From assembly GCA_963793395.1 (NCBI GenBank), contig CAWCAP010000009.1:128179-192178 (forward strand): a stretch of 64,000 nucleotides of DNA, in the 5' to 3' direction. This document shows positions 8,813-17,814 of the stretch, piece after piece (within the stretch, counting starts at the first letter, position 1; every line of letters begins with the position of its first letter). A program made the translations under genes and the position numbers. This stretch comes from Bryobacterales bacterium (GTDB lineage Bacteria; Acidobacteriota; Terriglobia; Bryobacterales; Bryobacteraceae). The notes under the pieces are model-generated. The model did no database searches and was not told the origin of the DNA. It saw only the letters and a program-made list of their open reading frames with translations.

Positions 8813-9550
8813 GTGAGAAAGTTGCCGTATTATTTCGGGTTGGTATTGTTCACGTGCGGCGTCGTGTGTGGGCAAGGGGCGATTCCCCGAACCGCCGAGG
8901 GCCATCCGGATCTATCGGGCATCTGGCAGGTCATGAATACCGCGGAGTGGGACATCCAAGCTCATCACGCGAGACCGGACGCTCCCGCGGGTCTGGGCGT
9001 TGTCGAAGGCGATGAGATCCCGTATCAAGCATGGGCGGCGGCGAAGAAGAAAGAGAATTTCGAAAAGCGCGCGACCGCCGATCCGCTAGCCAAATGCTAC
9101 CTGCCCGGAGTGCCGCGACTCACTTATACCCCGCTGCCGTTTCAGATTTTTCAGACGCCCAAGCAAGTCACCATCTTCTATCAGTACGCGCATGCAGTGC
9201 GGCACATCTTCGCGAACGGAAGCAAGCATCCGGACGGCCACATCGACTGGTGGTTAGGGGATTCGCGCGCGCAGTGGCAGGGAGATACCTTGATCGTGGA
9301 CGTGACCGACTTCAACGATCTGACCTGGTTCGACCGGGCGGGGAACTTCCACAGCGATGAGTTGCATGTGGTGGAACGCTATACGCCGTCGGATGCGGAT
9401 CACATCAACTACGAAGTCAGCATTGAGGACCCGAAAGTGTTCATGCGGCCGTGGAAGATGAACATGATCCTCTACCGTCACAAGGAAAAGAATTTCCAAT
9501 TGCTGGAGCATGAATGCTACGGCTTCGACTATGAGCAGTATTATCCGTGA
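8813..9550 (+). CDS. Secreted protein of unknown function, paralogue A2
   Basis: GTG at 8813 gives VRKLPYYFGLVLFTCGVVCGQ. Motifs AEGHPDLSGIWQ, AQWQGDTLIVDVT, FHSDELHVVERYT, EDPKVFMRPW. It is the closest relative of 3035..3862. Confidence 0.75.
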   Translation: MRKLPYYFGLVLFTCGVVCGQGAIPRTAEGHPDLSGIWQVMNTAEWDIQAHHARPDAPAGLGVVEGDEIPYQAWAAAKKKENFEKRATADPLAKCYLPGVPRLTYTPLPFQIFQTPKQVTIFYQYAHAVRHIFANGSKHPDGHIDWWLGDSRAQWQGDTLIVDVTDFNDLTWFDRAGNFHSDELHVVERYTPSDADHINYEVSIEDPKVFMRPWKMNMILYRHKEKNFQLLEHECYGFDYEQYYP

Positions 9551-9561
9551 CTGAGGCCAGC

Positions 9562-10461
9562 ATGAATCCACGATCTCTCCTTGCGACAGTTTTGGCCGGT
9601 GCGTTTGCCGTGGCGGCGGTGGTAGTAGCGGCACGGGCGCAGAACGCGGCAGTGGACAAGACCCTCTCCGCGGAGTCGAAGACTACGGGCCCGTGGGTTC
9701 CAGCACGATTGCCCGATGGACAGCCGGATGTGCAAGGTTTCTGGTCCGCGGAAGTAAGCGGAACGTATTCGCTGTTGAATCCGCGAAAGGGCGGAACGCG
9801 CCTCAAAGAGCAGTTGCTAGAGAAGGCGGGGAAGAAGGCGCCGACCAACCCAACGCGCATCGTCGATCCGCCGGATGGGCAAGTTCCGTATCAGCCTTGG
9901 GCGCGTGCCAAGCAGCAAGAGATTCAAGCCAACATCGATCAACCAACGGCGCAGAGGCATATCGATCCACAGGCGCGCTGCCTGCCCAACGGGCCGCTGC
10001 GATCGCCGCTATGGTCGACTTACGAGATCATGCAATCCCCCGGATACCTGGTGTTCTCCTACGAGACCACGCACATGTATCGCATCGTCGCGCTGGATGG
10101 GCGGCCGCACCCGAGCCAGAATGTGAAGCTGTGGATGGGCGATTCGAAAGGGCATTGGGAAGGCAACACACTCGTCGTCGACGTCATGAACAACAATATG
10201 AAGTCGCGCTTTTCTACTGAAGGCGATTTCGCGAGCGACAAGGGGCACATCGTCGAGCGCTACACTTTCCTGGATGCGAAGACCATGGAGTATCGCGCCA
10301 CCATCGAAGATCCCAGCGTGTATACGCGTCCGTGGACCGTTGAAGCGCGGATGATTCGCATCCACACCAAAGACCCGGATTACGAAGTATGGGAAGACGC
10401 CTGCCACGAAGGCGAGAAGAACGCCGACGGGTTGATTCAGGCGGCGCCTGACAAGAAGTAG
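9562..10461 (+). CDS. Secreted protein of unknown function, paralogue B2
   Basis: ATG at 9562 (alternative GTG at 9547). The signal peptide ends in ARAQ. Motifs PDGQPDVQGFWS, GHWEGNTLVVDVM, GHIVERYT, EDPSVYTRPW, DACHEGE. Confidence 0.75.
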   Translation: MNPRSLLATVLAGAFAVAAVVVAARAQNAAVDKTLSAESKTTGPWVPARLPDGQPDVQGFWSAEVSGTYSLLNPRKGGTRLKEQLLEKAGKKAPTNPTRIVDPPDGQVPYQPWARAKQQEIQANIDQPTAQRHIDPQARCLPNGPLRSPLWSTYEIMQSPGYLVFSYETTHMYRIVALDGRPHPSQNVKLWMGDSKGHWEGNTLVVDVMNNNMKSRFSTEGDFASDKGHIVERYTFLDAKTMEYRATIEDPSVYTRPWTVEARMIRIHTKDPDYEVWEDACHEGEKNADGLIQAAPDKK

Positions 10462-10468
10462 GGTCCTC

Positions 10469-11293
10469 TTAATCGAGCTGGGCTTCCTTTAGCCAGGCGA
10501 CCAGAGCGCCGGTCCAGGCCGCGGAGGTCTTACCGGACTTCTGAATTCCGAATCCGTGGCCGCCGGAGGAATAAATGTGCAGCTCCGCGGGGATCTTGGC
10601 GGCGCGCAACGCGGCGAAGAAGCGTCCCGCATTCTCGGCAGGATTAACAGTCGTATCGTCATCGGCCGCCACGATAAACGTGCGCGGCATCGCCGACGTG
10701 ACGCTTAGCGACGCCGGGATCGCCGGGTAACCCAGCACCAGGAAATCCGGACGGCTATCGGCAGGCGCGATCATTCCCATCATCGCCGCCAGATGTCCGC
10801 CAGCCGAGAATCCCATCATGCCGATGGCTCCGGGCTTCAGGTTCCACTTGGCTGCGTTTTCGTGCATGATGCGCATCGCCGATTCGGCGTCTTCGAGTGC
10901 CACGTGAATCCGGTCCGCGACCTCGTGGATATCGCCCTGCGCGCTACCGCGCATGCTGCCCGGCAACCGGTACTTCAGCACCACTGCCGCGATGCCAATC
11001 GTGTTCAGCCAGCGTGCGATATCGTGGCCCTCTTTGTCGATGGCCAGGTGCTGATACCCGCCGCCGGGGCAGATCACGACGCCGGTTCCGTTGGCTTTTT
11101 CCTTGGCAGGCAAATACACGGTAATGGTTGGCTGATTGACGTTGCTAATTCCACGGTCGATAACGCCGCCTTTGCCGCGTTCCTCGATCTTCTCCGCGGG
11201 AGCGGACGGGTCGACAGGGTTCTTCAGAGGCAGCGAAATAACCTCTTGCGCCAACAGGGGCAGGGTGAGGAACAACAGGGGCCACAGTTTCAT
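10469..11293 (-). CDS. Secreted alpha/beta hydrolase (esterase/lipase-like)
   Basis: Signal peptide, nucleophile elbow GFSAGGH, C-terminal GGHGF. Confidence 0.85.
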   Translation of the reverse strand: MKLWPLLFLTLPLLAQEVISLPLKNPVDPSAPAEKIEERGKGGVIDRGISNVNQPTITVYLPAKEKANGTGVVICPGGGYQHLAIDKEGHDIARWLNTIGIAAVVLKYRLPGSMRGSAQGDIHEVADRIHVALEDAESAMRIMHENAAKWNLKPGAIGMMGFSAGGHLAAMMGMIAPADSRPDFLVLGYPAIPASLSVTSAMPRTFIVAADDDTTVNPAENAGRFFAALRAAKIPAELHIYSSGGHGFGIQKSGKTSAAWTGALVAWLKEAQLD

Positions 11294-11336
11294 GTGAACC
11301 AGGATACTGCCAATTGCAAGTCTCGTGTGGCGCGGG

Positions 11337-12040
11337 TTAGAAATGCCGCGAGGACAGCGTGAGATCCGACAGCGCGGCGACGCGCACCGGATCGTTCACG
11401 TAGAGGGCGGCGGCGTATTCGGTGCCTATGGACAGGCCCAGGTGGCGGGCGGCGGAGAGGCGGAGGTCTATGTAGCCGCGCGTTTGCAATTGGCCGGCGT
11501 GGCATTGCATGGTGGATTCCCATTCTTTTATCACTTCGGTTATGTCTATTACTATGTCGGGGGGGCCGAATTCTTTGGTAATTGTGTAGTAATAGAGCGC
11601 CGTTATTGTGTGTGGGGCGGTGCCTTTTAGGGAAAAGCCTCTTAGGAATTCTAATCCGCCGTAGCGGGCGAAGCGGGAGGCGTCGCGGACCAGGTGGCCT
11701 ACTACGGCGTGGTCGGGGTGTTGGTTTTCTGCGGTGTGGGGGGCTAGGACGATTGCGGCTGGAATTTGCGGATTTCGTAGGCTAGTTTGAAGGCGTTTTC
11801 GGGGGCGCGGAGGAAGTGGCAGTCGCCTCCGAAGTCCAGGAAATCGATTTCGGCTCCGATTAGTTTGGCGGCGGCGCGGGCTTCGGATTCGCGGGAGTCG
11901 GGGGTGCCGTTGGTGCCGGCTTCGCCTCTCGAGAGAACCAGAAGTTTGACGTTGTTGCCTTTGCGGACTTCCTGAATCAGGACGTGGGCGCAGCCGAACT
12001 CGATGTCATCGGGGTGGGCGCCTACTGCAAGGATGTTCAT
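11337..12040 (-). CDS. PIG-L/LmbE family N-acetylglucosaminyl deacetylase (BshB-like), interrupted by one apparent frameshift near 11750-11760
   Basis: N-terminus [17 protein letters not shown] (PIG-L motif) in ORF 11744..12040. By my translation the remainder continues in another frame (IVLAPHTAENQHPDHAVVG...ITEVIKEWESTMQCHAGQ...), ending at 11337. Confidence 0.75.
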
Positions 12041-13502
12041 GATTTACCAACTTGTCGGCTAGCTGGGTGAAGGTGCGGACGCAGACTCCGGTGGGGCCTT
12101 TGGCTAAGTTGGGCGCGGACTCGTCGAGCCAGCCGGTGCCGGCGATATCGAGGTGAACCCACGGAGTGTCTTCGGCGAATTCGCGGAGGAACCAGGCGGC
12201 GGTGATGGCTCCGCCCCAACGGGGGCCGATGTTGGCGAGATCGGCGAAGGCGCTTTTGAGGAGCTCGCGGTAATCGTCATCGAGGGGCATGTGCCACATG
12301 TTTTCGCCTTCTTCTTTGGCGGCGGCCAGGACGCGGGCTAGCATGGCTTCGTTGTTGGTGAAGGCTCCGGTGTGGACGTGGCCTAGGGCGACGACGATGG
12401 CTCCGGTTAGCGTGGCGGCGTCGACCAGATGGGTGCAGCCGAGTCGCTTGGCGTAGGTGATGGCGTCGTTCAGGATGAGGCGGCCTTCGGCGTCGGTGTT
12501 CAGCACTTCGATGGTTTTGCCGGAGAGCGATTTGACGATGTCGCCGGGGCGCTGGGCGCGGCCGCTCACCATGTTCTCGACTGAGGGGACGAAGGCGGTA
12601 ACCGGGATGGCGGGTTTTAGTTGCGCGATGGCGCGCATGGCTCCGAGGACGGCGGCGGCGCCGCACATGTCGTACTTCATTTTCTCCATGTCTTGCGCGG
12701 GCTTGATGGAGATGCCGCCGCTGTCGAAGGTTACGCCTTTGCCGATCAGGGCGAGGTGATCGGCTGGATTTCGAGGGCGTGGCGGGGACGTATTTGAGGA
12801 CGATCAATACGGGCGGCTCGTCGCTGCCTTGCGCGACGCCCAGCAGCGAGCCCATGCCTAATTGCTTCATGCGATCGCGGTCCAGGACTTCGATGTCGAG
12901 GCCGAAGTCGTGGGCGATTTGTTCGGCTTGCTTGGCGATGACGGTGGGGGTCATCAGGTTGGCGGGTTGGTTGCCGAGGTCGCGGGCGAAGTTTTGCGAT
13001 TCGGCTAGGATTACGCCGCGTGCGAGGGCTGCTTCGAGGGCGGCGGGATTGCGCGGGGGCTACCAGCGGAGAAGGACTCGAGGGGCTTGGCGTCGCTCGA
13101 GGGCTTGTTCATGTCGGGTTCGTAGTTGCCTAGGATGGCGCCTTCGACGGCGGCTTCGGCGGTGACAGCGTCGCGTCGCCGGATAGCATCCAGGCCAGTT
13201 TCTTTACGCCTTTTTGTTTGACGGCGCGGACTACGGAGCCGACGGCTTTGCGCAGGGACCGCGGCATTGAACTTTTCTTTTTTGCCTCCGCCGACGGCGA
13301 TCAGGCGTTTGGCTTTCAGGCCTTGCGGCTGGTGCAGCGTGGCGGTCTCGCCGGGCTTCCCGCTGAATTCGCCGGAGGTGCGCATTTCGTCCAGCCAGGT
13401 TTTGACGTGCGGCGACTCGCTGTCGCCATCTTCGAACAGCACGACGGCTACGGCATCGGCTTCCACTTCATTCAAGGGTTGATAGATGAGCTTGGTTTCC
13501 AT
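12006..13502 (-). CDS. pepA: Leucyl aminopeptidase (M17), interrupted by at least 4 apparent frameshifts
   Basis: The C-terminal fragment 12006..12689 carries the M17 catalytic blocks ([12 protein letters not shown] just upstream in frame, [13 protein letters not shown]). N-terminal fragments ([10 protein letters not shown]..., [43 protein letters not shown]) lie in other frames. Shifts are near 13255, 13170, 13050 and 12775. Confidence 0.85.
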
Positions 13503-14000
13503 GAGTCTCTTATTCTTTACGCTCTTCTCATCGGCGAATTTCTTGGCGCTGCGGCGCATGCCGGCGCGGGCTTCGTCTTTCATTTCGCGTTCGCGTTCGC
13601 TTTCGCGCTTGTCGTGCAGCTTTTTGCCGCGGCCGACGGCTAGCTCTACCTTAATCAGGCCGTGTTTCAAATATAGCTTGGTGGGGACCAGGGTGAGGCC
13701 TTTTTCGCGGATGGTCTTCTGCATTTTGACGATCTCTTGCCGATGCAATAATAGCTTCCTGCGGCGGACCGGCTCGTGGTTCATGATGTTGCCGTGGGAG
13801 TATTGGCCGATGTGGGCGTTGCAGAGCCAGGCTTCGTTGCCGCTGACTTCGCCGTAGGCGTCTTTGAGCTGGATTTTGCCGTCTTTGGCGGATTTGACTT
13901 CGGTGCCGCTGAGGACGAGGCCGGCTTCGATGCGGTCTGAGAGCGAGTAGTTATGACCGGCGGAGCGGTTATCGCTGAGGATTTTGATTTTTTCTTCCAC
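13503..14000 (-). CDS. smpB: SsrA-binding protein SmpB (no stop codon before the pepA ATG as sequenced)
   Basis: The first 166 codons of ORF 13011..14000 read ...[27 protein letters not shown]...[33 protein letters not shown]...[32 protein letters not shown], which is canonical SmpB. Confidence 0.85.
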
Positions 14001-14100
14001 GGATGGACCGGATCGGCGTCATAATTAGTGATGCCAAGTACTGGACAATGCCGAAGTTCCAGTGTACCATGGCGGCTGTTGATTAGTAGTCGGTAAGATA

Positions 14101-16549
14101 ATGAAGCCAAAACACTTATTCGTATTTTTGCTGTTGATCTCTGGTGGTCTCCGGCTCGTATGCGAAGAACCGGAAAGGCGGACAAGCTGGTTAAAGACGG
14201 CATGGCGGCCGAGGCCCGGGGGGACTGGGACAAGGCGCTCGACCTGTACGAGAAGGCAGTGGACACTGGACCCGAGCGACATTGCTTACCTGGTGCCGAT
14301 GCGCAAGGCGCGGTTTGAGGCAGGGCAGGCGCATGTGAAGGCCGGGCAGAAATTGCGCATGGAGGGCAAGCTCGAAGAGGCGGTGCAGGAATTCCAGAAG
14401 GCGCTGGTGGCGGATCCTTCGTCGGCGATTGCGATGCAGGAGATGAAGCGGATTCAGACGATGCTGGCGGCTCCGAAGACGGGGGCGCGGGTCGAGGATC
14501 GCGGGCTGACGCCGGCGGAGTTAGTGCGGCGGCAATCGCAGGACAAGGTGGATTCGATGGTGGGGCCTCCGGAGCTGAAGCCGATGACGGCGATCATTCC
14601 GGTTTTGAAGATGAACAATCAGCCTCCCAAGGTGTTGTATGAGACGGTGGCGAAGCTGGCGGGCGTGAATGTGGTGTTCGATTCGCAGTATGCGGCTCCG
14701 GCGCGGAATTTCAATGTCGACTTGAGCAATGCCACGGCGGATCAGGCGTTCGATTATCTGGCGACGCTGACGCACACGTTCTGGAAGGCGATCACGCCGA
14801 ATACGATTTTCGTGGCGGAAGACAATGTCACCAAGCGGCGCGATTACGAAGACGAAGTGGTGAAAGTTTTCTACGTCACCAATGCGACTTCGGTGCAGGA
14901 GTTCCAGGAAATCGCGACGGCGATCCGCACGGTGGCGGAGATCCGGCGGGTGTTCACGTACAACGCGCAGCGGGCGATGATTGTGCGCGATACGGTGGAT
15001 AAGGTCGCGCTGGCGGAGAAGCTGGTGCACGATCTGGATAAGCCGAAGTCGGAAGTTGTCGTCGATGTGATGGTGATGCAGGTGAACAGCGAGCGCACGC
15101 GGGATCTGGCGGCTACCATCGCGTCGGCGGGGACGGCGGGGTTGAACGTGCCGATCAACTTTGCCCCGGCGGGGACGCACGACTACCACCACTACCGGCA
15201 CGACCGGCACTACTTCGACGCCGACCACGACGACTACGGGCAACACTGTTACGCTGGCGCAACTGGCGCACCTCTCGACCATCGATTTTTCGACCACGCT
15301 GCCGGGCGGGCTGCTGCAGGCGATGCTGAGCGACAGCCGGACGAAGGTGTTGAACAATCCGCAGGTGCGGGCGTCGGACGGGCAGAAGGTGACGCTGAAG
15401 ATCGGCAGCCGCATTCCGTATGCGACGGGCAGTTTCCAGACCGAACACGGCGGCGGCGCTGGTGTCGACGCAATTCAATTACGCCGATGTGGGCGTCAAC
15501 ATCGATATGACGCCGCAGGTGCATTCGACCGATGAAGTCACGCTGCACATTGAAGTGACGGTGTCGAGCGTGCAGCAGTACATCAATATCGGCGGGATTT
15601 CGCAGCCGGTGATTCAGCAGAGCGCCAATGTCGCGGACATCCGCTTGCGCGAGGGCGAGGTGAATATTCTGGGCGGGCTGAGCCAGTCGCAGGACACTTC
15701 AGCTGGTGAACGGGATTCCGGGGCTGGTGAATATTCCGGTGCTGGGGCATACGCTTGTTCGGCAGCAATCATACGGACAAGATCAGAGCCGAGCTGATGA
15801 TTGCGCTGGTGCCGCATATCGTGCGCACGCCGGATTATTCGGCGGAGAATCTGCGCGGCATTTACGCGGGGACGGATCAGGTGGTGAAGATCAATTACGC
15901 ACCCGAAGGCGAGCGAGTCGTCAGGGATCGATTCTGCAACCGGGCGCGCCGGCAGTGAATGCGGTTGTGGCTGCACCGGTGCCTGCTTTCGCCTACTCCG
16001 GGGCTTGCGATCCGACGCCGGCGACGGTGCAGAGGGCGGCGATCATGCCGTTTCCGACGTCCGGCGGCGGTGAGTCCAGTGCCGGTGCCTGCGGCGCCAC
16101 CCTGGGCTGCGGCGCAATGCCGGCGGGAGATCCGGTGAAGGTGAGTGTGCAGCCTTCGGCGATGCCGGCGCATGGCGGGACGCTGACGGTGAACGTGCAG
16201 GTAGAAAACGGCGCGAATTTGGGATCGGTGGCGCCGCTGCGCATTAAATACGATGCGGATCTGCTGCGGCTGGAGGATATCGCTCCGGGCGACATTTTCT
16301 CGAAGGGCGGAGGCGGGGCTACTTCGACGAAAGATATTCGGAATGATGCGGGCGAGGCTTCGATTACGATTTCGCGGCTGCCGGGGGCCGCGGGCTGTGT
16401 CTGGGCCGGGAACGCTGGCGGTGTTGACGTTCACGGCGATTGGGTCGGGCGAGGCTCCGCTGACGGTGGAAGAAGTGGCGTTGAAGGACGCGCAGTCGCA
16501 GGCGATGGGCGTGGTGGCTCCGGCGGCTTTGGGAGTGCGGATTCAATAG
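14101..16549 (+). CDS. GspD/PilQ-family secretin with internal Thr-rich linker and C-terminal cohesin-like domain, interrupted by multiple apparent frameshifts
   Basis: Signal peptide and TPR-like N-terminus. Secretin N domains (VKVFYVTNATSVQEFQEIATAIR..., IVRDTVDKVALAEKLVHDLD). Poly-Thr stretch TTTTTTGTTGTTSTPTTTTTG. Secretin core (VLNNPQVRASDGQKVTLKIG, NYADVGVNIDMTPQV, GIPGLVNIPVLG, ELMIALVPHIVR). The tail LTVNVQVENGANLGSVAPLRIKYDADLLRLEDI...GTLAVLTFTAIGSGEAPLTV is cohesin-like. The fragments lie in all three + frames. Confidence 0.8.
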
Positions 16550-17028
16550 GTGCGTCATCCAGCGCAGCGGACGAATCAGCGCGGGCTGACGTTGGTGGAG
16601 CTGATTGTAGCTTTCACCATCATGGCGCTGCTGACGACCATGGCGGTGCCGCTGGCGCGCTACAAAGTGCAGCGCGATAAGGAACGGCAGTTGACGTTTG
16701 CGCTGCGCGAGATTCGCAAGGCGATCGACGATTATAAAGACGCGGCGCTGGCGGGGAAGATCGATATCAAGCTGGGTACGGAGGGGTATCCGGAGACGCT
16801 GGATCAACTGGTGGACGGGGTCAAGCTGCTGCAGGATGCGCAATGGCAAGAAGATCAAGTTTCTGCGGCGGGTGCCGCTCGATCCGATGACGAATTCGCG
16901 GGATTGGGGATATCCGCAGCATGCAGGACGATCCTAAGTCGCAGAGCTGGGGGCGGCAGAATATTTTCGATGTTTATACCAAGAGCACGGATCGGGCGCG
17001 CGATGGGACTCCTTATGCGGAGTGGTAA
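16550..17028 (+). CDS. Type II secretion/type IV pilus pseudopilin (GspG-like), frameshifted
   Basis: GTG directly after the secretin stop. Prepilin leader ...QRGLTLVELIVAFTIMALL. Later fragments KIKFLRRVPLDPMTNSRDWGY and ...DGTPYAEW* lie in other frames. Confidence 0.7.
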
Positions 17029-17037
17029 CCCGGCCGG

Positions 17038-17437
17038 TTGCAGGCTTCGGCGCGGTCCCCGCGGCTACACGCTGATCGAGCTGATCATCGTTATGGCGAT
17101 CATCTCGATTTTGCTGGCTACCGCCGTGCCGATGTATCAGAAGTCGCTGGTACGCACCAAGGAGAGTCTGCTCAAGAACAATCTGTTCACGCTGCGAACG
17201 GTGATCGACGAGTACACCTTCGACAAACAGAAGGCTCCGCAAACGCTGCAGGATCTGGTGGACCAAGGCTATCTGCGCGGCGTTCCGCTCGACCCGATGA
17301 CCGGCAGCAACCAGACCTGGCGCGTCATCATGGAGGATGCCGTCTCCACCGTCGACCAGACCCAGCCCGGGATTTACGACGTCCACAGCGGGTCCGACCT
17401 GAAGAGCCTGGAAGGCAGTCCCTACTCGGAGTGGTAA
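17038..17437 (+). CDS. Type II secretion/type IV pilus pseudopilin (GspG-like), start region frameshifted
   Basis: Prepilin motif RGYTLIELIIVMAIISILLATAVPMY, then LRGVPLDPMTGSNQTW. The TTG at 17038 is one frame off the body. Confidence 0.7.
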
Positions 17438-17814
17438 GCCCGGACTGCGCCGGCTTCCATTACCGGCGGCCGTGCAAATTGGAACGGTAATACGGGCGAA
17501 CCTCTGGGCGCCGCTTCCAAACGGTCACGGAACGCCAAAAGCGAACCAGCCAATTCCACATAGCTGAATCCTCCCCACCGGAAGCTATCACAAATGGGCG
17601 ATGGCGTCACCCGGGTGGGATAATAGTTGGGGTGGGCTGTGGAAAACTCGGGCGATTCCAGTCCGCAGTGGTCTACGAAGAGACCCCTAGATATAGCGGC
17701 TCGCGCGCAAGAGCCCCCATCTGCGGTAGCCATAGTCCTTTACTTTCCTTCCGATTCAGTTTAGGATTGGGTTGTCCCCCCGAGATGCGTCTCTACTATA
17801 TGGAGGGCTAGGTT

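Noticed and set aside
13011-14000. A genuine SmpB-aminopeptidase fusion protein.
   Set aside because: The junction coincides exactly with a full-length SmpB end and the pepA initiator Met. The surrounding sequence is indel-ridden. A lost stop codon is far more likely.
17438-17814. Possible tmRNA (smpB is 3.5 kb away), RNase P RNA or SRP RNA in the smc upstream gap.
   Set aside because: By eye, none of the universally conserved cores are present on either strand. I checked tmRNA 5' GGGG..UUCGAC and the 3' T-arm with CCA, RNase P GAGGAAAGUCCGG and ACAGAACCCGGCUUA, and the SRP GGAAGCAGCC tetraloop helix. I keep the region only as an unexplained region in findings.
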